A stretch of 64,000 bases of DNA from Candidatus Omnitrophota bacterium (lineage in GTDB: Bacteria; Omnitrophota; Gorgyraeia; Duberdicusellales; 4484-171). Position numbers and translations under genes: made by a program. The notes under the pieces were generated by a model that was not told the DNA's origin, did not search any database, and saw nothing but the letters and a program-made list of their open reading frames with translations. The stretch lies in NCBI GenBank assembly GCA_016935525.1, contig JAFGQU010000004.1, positions 65,314 to 129,313 of the forward strand, written 5' to 3'. Below, one piece after another: positions 49,127 through 58,823 of this stretch (position 1 is the first letter of the stretch; the number at the start of each line of letters is the position of its first letter).

Positions 49127-51229
49127 TTAATCTACTTTTGTCCGGTATTCTTTACGTTCTTCGAGGATTTTTTCGGAAATATCATAAGGAACTTCGACAT
49201 ATTTTTCAAAATGCATCGAATAGTTCGCCCGGCCGCTGCTTAACGACCGTAACGTAGTCGCGTAACCGAACATTTCCGAAAGCGGCACTTCCGTTGATAC
49301 GACCTGGAGAGGCCCTTTTACTTCCATACCCAGGATTTTTCCCCGACGGGAACATATATTGCCGACGACATCTCCCACATATTGTTCGGGAGTAGTGATC
49401 TCTACCGACATTGACGGTTCAAGCAGTACCGGCATAGACCGCATGAACGCTCGTTTAAAAGCGCTGGAAGCGGCGATTTTAAAGGCTATCTCGGATGAAT
49501 CGACCTCATGGTAAGAACCATCGATCAATCTCACTTTTACATCGACGACGGAATATCCGGCATAGACCCCTTTACGCATCGCCTCGATGATCCCTTTTTC
49601 GATCGGCGGGATATATTCCCGGGGAATCGATCCCCCTTTGATCGCATTGATGAATTCAAACCCTTCACCGGGAACTGCCGGGAGGATCTCGATCACCACG
49701 TGCCCGTATTGACCGCGGCCTCCGGTCTGTTTGGCGTACTTATAGTTTTCCGTAGTAGATGTGGTAATCGTCTCACGATAGGCGACCCGGGGCTGACCTA
49801 CCTGGGCATCTACTTTAAATTCGGTTTTAAGCCGGTCGACGATCACTTCCAGATGTAATTCTCCCATACCGGAAATAATCGTCTCTTCGGTTTCGCTATC
49901 GGTATGCACGGTAAACGTCGGGTCTTCTTCGGCTAAACGGTGAAGCCCTTTTGCCAGTTTTTCCTGTTCGTCTCGAGAGGAAGGAGTCACGCTTACCGCG
50001 ATAACCGGTGCCGGAAATTCTATGGCTTCCAGAACGATCTTATTGTCTTCGGTACAGAGAGTATCTCCGGTAACGGTATGTTCAAGCCCGATTGCCGCAG
50101 CAATATCTCCGGCAAAAATATCTTCCCGGCTTTCCCGTTCATTGGCATGCATCTGGAGTATCCGGCCGATACGTTCTTTACGTTCTTTTGTCGCATTATG
50201 GATGAATTCGCCCGCTTTTATCGAACCGGAATACACGCGAAAATAGACCAGCTTACCCATATGCGGGTCCGACTGCACTTTAAATGCCAACGCCGTAAAC
50301 GGCTCGTTATCATCAGGGTTTCTGATTATCTTCTGAGCGATATCGTCCGGATCATGGCCGTTTACCGCCGGCAAATCTATAGGCGAAGGCAGATAGAAGT
50401 TAATCGCATCCAGTAATCGCTGGATTCCTTTGTTCTTGAACGCCGACCCGCAGAGTGCCGGGACGACCTTATTCTGAATAGTCCCCTGACGGATGGCCCG
50501 GATCAATTCTTCTTTAGCGATCTTATCTTCAGATTCTAAATATTTTTCCATTAAGCTGTCATCGAGTTCGACGGCTTTTTCGACCATGATATGATGATGT
50601 TTTTTAGCAAGCTCAAGATAATCGGCAGGAATATCTTCGATATGGTAATTCTTCCCCAACGATTCGTCATCATAGATATACGCTTTCATCTCCATCAGGT
50701 CGATGATCCCCAGAAAATTCTCTTCTGCTCCGATAGGGACCTGCAAAGGGATCACATTGGCCCCTAGATCTTTTTCGATATGCTGTATCACACCGAAGAA
50801 ATCCGCGCCGACCCGGTCCATCTTGTTGATGAACGCAAGTTTCGGCACTTCATATTTATTGGATTGATGCCATACTTTTTCCGATTGAGGCTCGACGCCG
50901 CCTACGGCGCAGAACACGGCCACGGCCCCGTCAAGGACCCGCAGGCTCCGTTCTACCTCGACGGTAAAATCGACGTGTCCGGGAGTATCGATGATATTAA
51001 TACGGTGATCATCCCAGTAACAGGTCGTTGCCGCAGACGTAATGGTGATCCCGCGCTCCTGTTCCTGTTTCATCCAATCCATCTGGGCTTTCCCTTCATG
51101 GACTTCTCCGATCTTATGAGATCGGCCGGTATAGAAAAGGATCCGTTCGGTGACCGTAGTCTTTCCGGCATCGATATGGGCCATGATCCCGATATTTCTT
51201 ACTTTTTCTAAATTTACTTTACGGGCCAT
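49127..51229 (-). CDS. fusA: elongation factor G family GTPase (stand-alone paralog)
   Basis: G1 [10 protein letters not shown]3 DTPGHVDF, G4 NKMD, with domains II-V. Not flanked by rpsL/rpsG/tuf. Start placed at MARKVNL. The ORF as reported extends to 51247. Confidence 0.85.
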   Translation of the reverse strand: MARKVNLEKVRNIGIMAHIDAGKTTVTERILFYTGRSHKIGEVHEGKAQMDWMKQEQERGITITSAATTCYWDDHRINIIDTPGHVDFTVEVERSLRVLDGAVAVFCAVGGVEPQSEKVWHQSNKYEVPKLAFINKMDRVGADFFGVIQHIEKDLGANVIPLQVPIGAEENFLGIIDLMEMKAYIYDDESLGKNYHIEDIPADYLELAKKHHHIMVEKAVELDDSLMEKYLESEDKIAKEELIRAIRQGTIQNKVVPALCGSAFKNKGIQRLLDAINFYLPSPIDLPAVNGHDPDDIAQKIIRNPDDNEPFTALAFKVQSDPHMGKLVYFRVYSGSIKAGEFIHNATKERKERIGRILQMHANERESREDIFAGDIAAAIGLEHTVTGDTLCTEDNKIVLEAIEFPAPVIAVSVTPSSRDEQEKLAKGLHRLAEEDPTFTVHTDSETEETIISGMGELHLEVIVDRLKTEFKVDAQVGQPRVAYRETITTSTTENYKYAKQTGGRGQYGHVVIEILPAVPGEGFEFINAIKGGSIPREYIPPIEKGIIEAMRKGVYAGYSVVDVKVRLIDGSYHEVDSSEIAFKIAASSAFKRAFMRSMPVLLEPSMSVEITTPEQYVGDVVGNICSRRGKILGMEVKGPLQVVSTEVPLSEMFGYATTLRSLSSGRANYSMHFEKYVEVPYDISEKILEERKEYRTKVD

Positions 51230-51438
51230 CTTTGGATTTCCTTTCATGAGACCGCAACTTATGGAATGAAATGGCCATAAGTCACCTGGTCAAATTCGAC
51301 TACGGACTTTTACTCACTCACGTTCTAAAATTCCAAGTCTCATTTGACAAGGTGCTATTATAGACGATATTGATAATAAATCAAGGAAAGTTTTTGCACT
51401 TTGGAAAAAACAAAAGCCGGGACCACCCCAGTGAAGCC

Positions 51439-52044
51439 CTAACGGGCAAAGCGGGTCAATTGTTCCCACCATGTATTGAGATGGGTATTCTTGATCGTAG
51501 AAAAAAGACGCTTGGCCGGTACACTTTTAAGAAACCGGGGAGCTTTCTGCATGAATTTTTTCGCGCACGCGTATCCCTGTTCGTCATATTCTTTCGCCTG
51601 CAAGATGCATTCCAGGATATCGGCATCACGGGCAATAATACTTTCTGGAGTTTCCTGACGCACATATTCCCGGCGCAGACGGGTAAGTTCTTTTTTGATA
51701 CGGGGGGGAAGTCGATCGATCTGTTCGTAAAAAGCCGCCTCTTCAGCTTCCTCGATCTTCACATACCGTTGAGCCATCTTATGCAGATCCCCGATACGGG
51801 TTTCATGGATATCGTTAAATAACGCCATCGTCATCACTTTATAGGGATCGGCATCTGCCGCAAGCGCCAGGACAAATGCCAATACCGCACAACGGAAACT
51901 ATGCTCGGCCACACTTTCGGGATCCTTGACCCCTACCACCCACCAGCCCGAACGTTTTATCTGTTTCAGCAATCCCGCCTCGCTTAAAAACAAGGCCAGC
52001 GTTTCCATATCATTCTTTTTAGGTTTACGTTTCTTTTGCGCCAT
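51439..52044 (-). CDS. HD-domain hydrolase (YfbR-like 5'-deoxynucleotidase)
   Basis: H...HD...D motif: ESVAEHSF, FNDIHETRIGD. Confidence 0.75.
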   Translation of the reverse strand: MAQKKRKPKKNDMETLALFLSEAGLLKQIKRSGWWVVGVKDPESVAEHSFRCAVLAFVLALAADADPYKVMTMALFNDIHETRIGDLHKMAQRYVKIEEAEEAAFYEQIDRLPPRIKKELTRLRREYVRQETPESIIARDADILECILQAKEYDEQGYACAKKFMQKAPRFLKSVPAKRLFSTIKNTHLNTWWEQLTRFAR

Positions 52045-52158
52045 ACTATTACATTATAAATCCTAAATCCGAATATCGAAATCCTAAACAAATCCTAATT
52101 ACCAAAACATACAAAACAAGAAATAAAGAAAATTATCTATTATAAATACCTCACTGTC

Positions 52159-52650
52159 TTATTCCGAGAGCAAAGTTTCACATAAACAATCCCATGCTTT
52201 TAGGCCTTCTGCTCTTGCAGCCTTAGCAAGATTTTTATCAGCAGTAATTAATATAGGTTGGGATTCTCCTAAAAGCTTTCCAAAGATCCCTCTTTTCATA
52301 GTACATAACTGGAAGGCGTCGGATATATCTAAAGAATACTGTTTTGATAAAAATTCTACTTCTTGATATACGTTAACATCCCATATATCATCCCCCTTTA
52401 TAGAAAGACTATTATTTCTTAAATAGGCAAGGAGCAAGTAGGACGCAGAAAAGTATTCTTTTTCACTAATTACATTAGAATAAAAGCATTTAGTTTTTAA
52501 AACCCCCAGCGTTTCTGCAAAGCATATAGCAGTTGTATAGAAATTAGAATGATTTTTAAAATAATCTCTTATCGGGCCACTCCCTTCCTCCTTAACAATA
52601 AGTTTAATTAACGCAGAAGTATCTAAAAAATGTACCCGTATAATTTCCAT
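52159..52650 (-). CDS. PIN-domain protein (VapC-like, orphan)
   Basis: N-terminal FLDTSALIKL acidic PIN motif. The gene is markedly AT-rich compared with its neighbours. No antitoxin ORF on either side. Confidence 0.55.
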   Translation of the reverse strand: MEIIRVHFLDTSALIKLIVKEEGSGPIRDYFKNHSNFYTTAICFAETLGVLKTKCFYSNVISEKEYFSASYLLLAYLRNNSLSIKGDDIWDVNVYQEVEFLSKQYSLDISDAFQLCTMKRGIFGKLLGESQPILITADKNLAKAARAEGLKAWDCLCETLLSE

Positions 52651-52725
52651 ACCCTATCATCTCTTCTTATACTCTTCATCTCCGTTTAAGATTTTGGTCA
52701 TTCGGATTTGCTTCGTGCTTCGGAT

Positions 52726-53538
52726 TTAGAATTTCGGATTTTGTAAATTTTGTTGTTTGGTAATTTCATAACAAAACACCGCCGTACTCATCGCCACATT
52801 CAAAGAAAGCCGGGCCCCGGGCATCGGCAGGGTTATTTTTTTATCGAGCTGTTTGACGACCCCCGGACGGATACCGCTCCCCTCGGCCCCGACTACCAGA
52901 CATAACGGAAAAGGGAGACGGGCAGTATTGATATTTTCTCCGCCGTCGACCAAGGTACCGACCAGCCAATACCCGGCGTCTTTTATTTTATTGAACGCAT
53001 CCTGCGGATTCACCTGAGCAACCGGGACAAAATTTTCGCCGCCCGAAGCTATATGCAATACGGTCTCATTGATCGAACAGGCGCGATGCCGGGGGATAAT
53101 CAATCCGAACCCCCCAAAACAGGCGCATACTCTTAAAATCGCCCCCAGATTTACCGGATCTTCTATCCCATCGAGAAAGATCAAAGCGGACCTTTTGCCG
53201 GACTTTTCGGCAAGAAGATCTTCAAGTTCATGATACACAAACGGCTCGACTTCGGCGATAACGGTAAACGTACGTTCGCTGGGTAAAGACGAGTGAGCTC
53301 TCAGCTGTTTCATCGCACACAGAGAGATTGCCTGCGACGTGATCATTTTGATAAGACGCTGATCTTTAAAATTATCCCGGATATATATTCTCCTGATCGT
53401 ACGCGGAGCATGGATGATCCTGGTTTCTATAGAATTTTTTCCATATAAATATATCGATCTACGGGCGGGCGGGCGGGGATCCCGATACGTAAGATCCTTT
53501 TTATTATGTGATCTCCTCGGCATATTCAAGATACTCAA
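52726..53538 (-). CDS. SpoU/TrmH-family RNA 2'-O-methyltransferase (RlmB-like)
   Basis: SpoU motifs GNLGAILR, LVVGAEGSGIRPGV. Substrate-binding N-terminal domain. Confidence 0.8.
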   Translation of the reverse strand: MSILNMPRRSHNKKDLTYRDPRPPARRSIYLYGKNSIETRIIHAPRTIRRIYIRDNFKDQRLIKMITSQAISLCAMKQLRAHSSLPSERTFTVIAEVEPFVYHELEDLLAEKSGKRSALIFLDGIEDPVNLGAILRVCACFGGFGLIIPRHRACSINETVLHIASGGENFVPVAQVNPQDAFNKIKDAGYWLVGTLVDGGENINTARLPFPLCLVVGAEGSGIRPGVVKQLDKKITLPMPGARLSLNVAMSTAVFCYEITKQQNLQNPKF

Positions 53539-53553
53539 AGCCCCCTTTCTCTC

Positions 53554-54300
53554 CTATTGTACATGAATCGAGGCCTGTGAGTCAAAAGGATTGGTACGGA
53601 GTGCCAGTGAAAAAAGATAGGGGTACGACTCCTTTAGATGCCGCAGATACCCTACCCATTCGGCGACAAGACGGGCATACACCCGTTTTATATCTCCGGT
53701 GAGATGGGTATAGTCGGTATCCGGCAAAGAAGTAAGCTCATCCCGATGCATGAGTTCTTCAGTCAAGTGAGTCACGGCCCACAACAGGTCCGTAAACGAA
53801 TCGTGTTCAAGTAAGTGGGAGTTCTCCAGCAACCTCAGGAGAAAATCCTTTTTTTGCCTACAGAATTCTCTCACATCATCCAGGTTTTCGCGACGCATTG
53901 CTATAGTGTAAGGATATTCCCGCATACGTTTCTCGACGGCAAGAAACCGCTTTTTAGACCAGGAATTATCGATCAATAACTGTTCAGACAATTTTCCCGG
54001 GTCGGTTTGAAATCCGGTCAACTTTTTAAGTAATACGGTCCCCACTTCACTGAAAAAAACTCCGATCACCATATTCATCTTTTTCAAAAGGATCATTTTT
54101 TCACGTTGATGAAGCAATCGGTGGATGATCAAGGTGACCAGAAGCACCTCAACCGGCACAAAGGCGATATCTCCCACCAAATAGATAAAAATATGGTGGG
54201 CATCATGAAACATAAGGTAATGAGCGAAATACATAGCCGCCGAAAGACCTACAAGAACCACACCTAACATTATCTGCCAATTGATTTTTCTCATTACCAA
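53554..54300 (-). CDS. hypothetical membrane protein
   Basis: Two N-terminal TM helices and a helical cytoplasmic domain. No motif. Confidence 0.4.
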   Translation of the reverse strand: MVMRKINWQIMLGVVLVGLSAAMYFAHYLMFHDAHHIFIYLVGDIAFVPVEVLLVTLIIHRLLHQREKMILLKKMNMVIGVFFSEVGTVLLKKLTGFQTDPGKLSEQLLIDNSWSKKRFLAVEKRMREYPYTIAMRRENLDDVREFCRQKKDFLLRLLENSHLLEHDSFTDLLWAVTHLTEELMHRDELTSLPDTDYTHLTGDIKRVYARLVAEWVGYLRHLKESYPYLFSLALRTNPFDSQASIHVQ

Positions 54301-54327
54301 AAGAGGGGTTTATCCCCCCTTCCCTTC

Positions 54328-54510
54328 TTACGCATCAAACTGGCTTGCTCCGTGGTATTGCTTCCACTGAGGACCGTATTTGATGATCCATTCGACCGCG
54401 GCACTGGCAAATCCTATTTCCCGGTTTGACTTTTCGCTTTCGATCCATTTATGTTTACGGATCTCATCTAAGACCCGCGGATCTTTTAAATAATTATAAG
54501 ACTTATCCAT
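54328..54510 (-). CDS. small conserved hypothetical protein (60 aa)
   Basis: AAAGGAG RBS 8 nt upstream of the ATG. Well-formed coding sequence. Confidence 0.4.
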   Translation of the reverse strand: MDKSYNYLKDPRVLDEIRKHKWIESEKSNREIGFASAAVEWIIKYGPQWKQYHGASQFDA

Positions 54511-54609
54511 AGCTCTACTCCTTTCTCACGGGGGGATTATTCAATTATAATAGGAGATTTTAAGAAGTCAATCTTTAATGAATATTTGACGGGGAAATAT
54601 TCTTTGGGT

Positions 54610-54685
54610 TAGCCCGTTTTCCCGTGTACCCGTTCTCTGAAACGGGAAATCCCGCCAAAGGCGGGATAACGCGAGAACGGGCAAA
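54610..54685 (-). promoter_or_regulatory. nested multi-hairpin element in the 3' region of the ABC-F gene
   Basis: CCCGTTCTC...GAGAACGGG 9-bp outer stem (54629-54637 with 54673-54681). It encloses a CCCGCC-AAA-GGCGGG hairpin and a GAAACGGG / CCCGTTTT pairing. No U-run follows. Confidence 0.3.
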
Positions 54686-54696
54686 TGCGTGAACGA

Positions 54697-56613
54697 TTAA
54701 ATATCAAGGAATTGCGTTTTTAATTTATCGATTTGAGAATCTATCTTCGCTATTTTGTGTTCTATTTTATCCGCCTTTTTCTGGTATTCTTTTTTTACCG
54801 CTTCATCATGCGTAGGATTGGAAAGAATGCGCTGTTTTACCGATAATTCTATTTCCAGCTTTTCTTTGTTCTTGCGTAAACTTTTTATTCTTTTGGAGAT
54901 CTCCGCATTATGGACGCGGAGTTTTTTTTCTTTTTCTTTTTTCTGTACCCGCTCGATTTTCTTCTGTTCCTTGCGGTTCACGACCGGTCCATCTCTATAG
55001 GCTACTCTATCTCCCTGCGGTTGCGATTCGTTATGTTTCTTCTTTTCAAGGTAATAATCGAATTTTCCGGGATATTTACGGACACATCCGGCTTTGACAT
55101 CATAGACGGTATTGGCTACCGACCGGACAAAATGGACATCGTGACTGATACATACCAGCGTCCCCTCATACACATTCAAAGCCCGGATCAACGCATCTAC
55201 CGCATCGACATCCAGATGGGTAGTCGGTTCGTCTAAAAGCAAAAAGTTCGGCGGATTGATGAGAAGTTTTGCCAGATTAAGCCGTGATTTCTCTCCGCCG
55301 GATAAAACCTTTACCATTTTTTCGACATCATCTCCGGTAAATAAAAATGTCCCCAATATCGTCCGGAGAGCCTCCTGCCGCATATCGCCTGGTGCCACAC
55401 TGTAAGCTTCTTCCAATACCGTATTTTGTGGATTGAGGATATCCATCCTATCCTGAGAAAAATAACCTACCTCTACTTTATGCCCGAGGATCCGGTTGCC
55501 TTTATCCACCGGCACTACCCCGGCAAGGATCTTGAGTAATGTCGATTTCCCCGCGCCGTTGGGCCCGGTAAGCACCGCTTTTTCTCCCCGGATGATCTCG
55601 AAATCGAAATCTTTATATACCTGAATAGGACCGTAAGACTTATCGATCCTTTCGAGTTTGACGACCCGGTAGCCGCTGGCGGTGGTTTTGGAAAAATGGA
55701 AATTACGTACGCTCTCGGTACGGTCGGGAGGTATTTCGATCGTCTCCATTTTCTCCAGTACCCTTTTTTTCGCCCTCACTTGCGCCGCTTTATTCGGTTG
55801 AGCATGAAAACGGGAAACGAATAGTTCCAGTTGCTGACGTTTCTTTTCCTGTTCGCGGGATTGTTTAAGGAGATGTTCCCGTTGCTGTTGTTTGATCGAC
55901 CGGTAATGCTCATAATTCCCGGCCATTTTCTCGAGATTCGCATGTTCAAGAACGAGCGTGGAATTCGTCACCTCATCCAAAAACGCCCGGTCATGAGAAA
56001 TCATAATAAAAGTGCCTTCAAAACCGGCAAGATAATCTTTAAACCATAACGTCGCATCGAGATCAAGATAGTTCGTCGGTTCATCCAAAAGCAGCAGGTC
56101 ATACGTACAGGTTAAAAGTTTTGCTAAAAGCACTCTCATCTGCCACCCCCCGCTTAACTCGACGATAGGCCGGTGGAAATCGGTTTCGGTAAAACCTAAT
56201 CCGGATAATATCTTTTCTCCCTTATGCTGTAATTGAAAATATCCCAGATGTTCCAGTTCCGAAATAACTTCGCTATAACGGTGGGTTATCGCGCGGTTTT
56301 CCTGCTCTAACTGGTCCCGTTCTTTACAGAGCTGTACGATATGCCCGTCGGCCCGCATCAATTCCCCCATCACCGTATGGGTAGAATGGAATTGTTTTTC
56401 CTGAGGAAGGTATCCGATACGTGTACCGCGCGCTACCTGGATCGTCCCACCGGATATCTCTTCTTTTTGCAGAATGATCCTGAATAACGTCGATTTTCCC
56501 GCGCCGTTGGGCCCGATCAGGCCGATCTTTTCGCCACGGTTGACAGCCAGGTTCACATCCTGGAGAAGATACTTTCCGGAAAATTGTTTTGCCACGTTAT
56601 TCAGAATAATCAT
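54697..56613 (-). CDS. ABC-F family ATPase (two ABC domains, C-terminal coiled coil)
   Basis: Two Walker A motifs (GPNGAGKST twice), two LSGG signatures, a linker and a Lys/Glu-rich C-terminal arm. No TM domain. Confidence 0.85.
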   Translation of the reverse strand: MIILNNVAKQFSGKYLLQDVNLAVNRGEKIGLIGPNGAGKSTLFRIILQKEEISGGTIQVARGTRIGYLPQEKQFHSTHTVMGELMRADGHIVQLCKERDQLEQENRAITHRYSEVISELEHLGYFQLQHKGEKILSGLGFTETDFHRPIVELSGGWQMRVLLAKLLTCTYDLLLLDEPTNYLDLDATLWFKDYLAGFEGTFIMISHDRAFLDEVTNSTLVLEHANLEKMAGNYEHYRSIKQQQREHLLKQSREQEKKRQQLELFVSRFHAQPNKAAQVRAKKRVLEKMETIEIPPDRTESVRNFHFSKTTASGYRVVKLERIDKSYGPIQVYKDFDFEIIRGEKAVLTGPNGAGKSTLLKILAGVVPVDKGNRILGHKVEVGYFSQDRMDILNPQNTVLEEAYSVAPGDMRQEALRTILGTFLFTGDDVEKMVKVLSGGEKSRLNLAKLLINPPNFLLLDEPTTHLDVDAVDALIRALNVYEGTLVCISHDVHFVRSVANTVYDVKAGCVRKYPGKFDYYLEKKKHNESQPQGDRVAYRDGPVVNRKEQKKIERVQKKEKEKKLRVHNAEISKRIKSLRKNKEKLEIELSVKQRILSNPTHDEAVKKEYQKKADKIEHKIAKIDSQIDKLKTQFLDI

Positions 56614-56671
56614 CTTGCACGTACCTCACCATACATCCTAAGGGGAATGAGAGTAAAAGGGGGGTAGATTT

Positions 56672-57487
56672 TCAGTATTCTATTTTTGCGATATCGGATT
56701 TTTTGATAGTAACGCGCCCTTCACCTTTACCTAAATCAAGTTTTACGATAATCCTGTCTCCTAATTCCTGGATAATATTCCCTTTAATTATCCGTCCGCT
56801 CTTAAGCACGATCGTCGCGGCATCTTTTTCTTCGACTTTAATACTGATATTCTTAAACCGGGCAGCAAATTCCGTGATGATTTCCTGGGGAATAAACCGG
56901 TAAATCCCATACAACGCCCCGATGACAAAGAGGAGTCCGAACACCACCTTCAGGAAAGAAAGCACACGCAGATGTTTCATCTTACCTGCGGAAGTCGCTA
57001 TTCCCCGGCCGTGACGTTTAGAATAATATAATGCTTCGTCAGCCCGGCGAAAAAGGATATCGACCGAAGTCCCGTCTGCAGGGTACGACGAGATACCGCA
57101 ACTCATACACAACTTAAACATTTTCCCCTGATAAATAAACGGACTGTGATCGATATTATACATACAACGTAATGATAATTTAAAAGCCTCTTTGCCGGTA
57201 AGAGCAGGAAGCACTATCACGAATTCATCTCCTCCGTAACGGAAAATCGCGCCTTTTTCCTGAATAGTATACCGTAACACGTTCGACAGGTGTTTCAACA
57301 CTTCGTCGCCGAACTGATGACCGTAACGGTCATTAAACTTTTTAAAATGGTCCAGGTCAATGATCACCAATGACGCGGATTTCTGGTTGGATTGGGCTTT
57401 CGCCAGCGCTTCTTCCAGAAACGGCACGAGCGCCTCTCTGCGGTAAAACCCGGTTAAAGCATCTTTATGCGTATGTTCAAGTATCAT
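56672..57487 (-). CDS. GGDEF-domain diguanylate cyclase with C-terminal TM anchor
   Basis: RYGGDEF active site and I-site-like RRAD. One TM helix plus a short C-terminal domain. Confidence 0.8.
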   Translation of the reverse strand: MILEHTHKDALTGFYRREALVPFLEEALAKAQSNQKSASLVIIDLDHFKKFNDRYGHQFGDEVLKHLSNVLRYTIQEKGAIFRYGGDEFVIVLPALTGKEAFKLSLRCMYNIDHSPFIYQGKMFKLCMSCGISSYPADGTSVDILFRRADEALYYSKRHGRGIATSAGKMKHLRVLSFLKVVFGLLFVIGALYGIYRFIPQEIITEFAARFKNISIKVEEKDAATIVLKSGRIIKGNIIQELGDRIIVKLDLGKGEGRVTIKKSDIAKIEY

Positions 57488-57712
57488 ATCGAGTCGGATC
57501 TGTCGGAAAGATCGTTAATGTCTTGATATATAATAGCCTAATCCGAGCGGGGCTTTTTTTCAAGCACTTTTTTGAGTTCTTCCCCACTGTACAAAGAATA
57601 GGGAAGGACTTGATTACAGAGATTTCAGAAAAGATGACAGTGATTTTTACAATATGCTCAGTATTATTTTAATTGTATAATTCAAGAGATCTGTGTACAC
57701 CGGAGAAATGTA

Positions 57713-57770
57713 ACCACAGAGCTCATAGAGTTGTACAGAGAAGATACACTTACATAAAATCCGGGAAAGT
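57713..57770. repeat. MITE-like repeat, partial copy C (5' arm only)
   Basis: AACCACAGAGCTCATAGAGTTGTACAGAGAAGATAC matches the 5' terminal region of copies A and B, then diverges. Confidence 0.45.
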
Positions 57771-57793
57771 TTCTTTTTTTGAACGATACCGAT

Positions 57794-58285
57794 TTAATTC
57801 TGTATGAGCAAAGTGATTTCTACCGGAATAAGTCCGCGATCAAGCGAAGCAATACGGGCAAATGCGGCACGGGTCAGATCGATTATTCTGCCGTTTTTTA
57901 CCAAACGTCTTGCCGGGCCACGATCGTTGACCCGTACCACTACGTATTTGCCGTTCTCAAGGTTTTTCACTTTGATCAGAGTATTAAACGGCACGTCCCA
58001 TAAGGCACAGGTAAGCTGAGAATCATCGAATTTTTCCATATTCGCCGTGGTGGGAAGGATCCCGGGATCGGTCTCGGAATACCATGAAGCTACTCCCTGT
58101 TGAGAGATGTGCTCATCAAATTGAGCCGTTATTTCCTGGGAAAAACCGGGAAATACAAAGAAGATCAGGGTACATATGCCCAAAAAGACGGCGATGAACC
58201 GCGTGTGAGAGGCAAATAAAAAACCCATCTTAAGCTTAAAGATGGGTTGAATTATGAAACGTACCAGTGGCAACCGGGCTACCAT
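57794..58285 (-). CDS. RlpA-like double-psi beta-barrel (septal ring lytic transglycosylase family) protein
   Basis: GVASWYS...GKYVVVRVNDRGP DPBB signature. N-terminal TM/signal sequence. Confidence 0.7.
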   Translation of the reverse strand: MVARLPLVRFIIQPIFKLKMGFLFASHTRFIAVFLGICTLIFFVFPGFSQEITAQFDEHISQQGVASWYSETDPGILPTTANMEKFDDSQLTCALWDVPFNTLIKVKNLENGKYVVVRVNDRGPARRLVKNGRIIDLTRAAFARIASLDRGLIPVEITLLIQN

Positions 58286-58518
58286 AGGATTCCTCCTTTA
58301 GGTCCAAGGCTTTGCGTCCCCCGATTTCTCGGAGTTTGCCTTTTTCACTTTGAGAGACTGGTATATTTTATCAGTCCCTAAATTGTCAATTATCTCCTAC
58401 ATTCTACCTAATATATGCCATATATACGGCCAGAAAATCAAGGCCCCGGCAGAAAAAAAACAATCTTTGGTTACAATGTATTATTCAGGGGGTGTCTTCA
58501 CAGAATGGATGCATTGTA

Positions 58519-58758
58519 ACCACGGAGAACACAGAGTTTCACAGAGAGAATACAGAAGATATTTGGGCTCGCGCTTTTATGATATAAAAGCGTGTTTCTT
58601 TGCAAAAACAATGAATAGCGGGGAATATGATTTCCGGCTTTCTGTGGTTTTTGCAAAGATGCCCCATCGATATTCGACGGGGATACACCAAATATCTTCT
58701 GTACGCCGAGATTGAAAAATCTCATTTTTACCTCTGTGAACTCCGTGCACTCTGTGGT
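58519..58758. repeat. MITE-like repeat, copy B
   Basis: 240 bp bounded by ACCACGGAGAACACAGAG ... CTCCGTGCACTCTGTGGT terminal inverted repeats. Internal hairpin CCCCATCGATATTCGACGGGG and TTTTTGCAAAGA motifs shared with copy A. Confidence 0.7.
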
Positions 58759-58823
58759 GAAATTTCCCTAGTTGTAAATAAATCTCTTAAATTATTCAGT
58801 TATACAAGGGGGGAAGAGAAGAA

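Noticed and set aside
51248-51438. TTGACA...TATTAT promoter-like hexamers upstream of the EF-G gene region on the plus strand
   Set aside because: The spacer is only about 6-9 nt. The orientation points antisense into the HD-hydrolase gene. It is probably chance AT-rich sequence.
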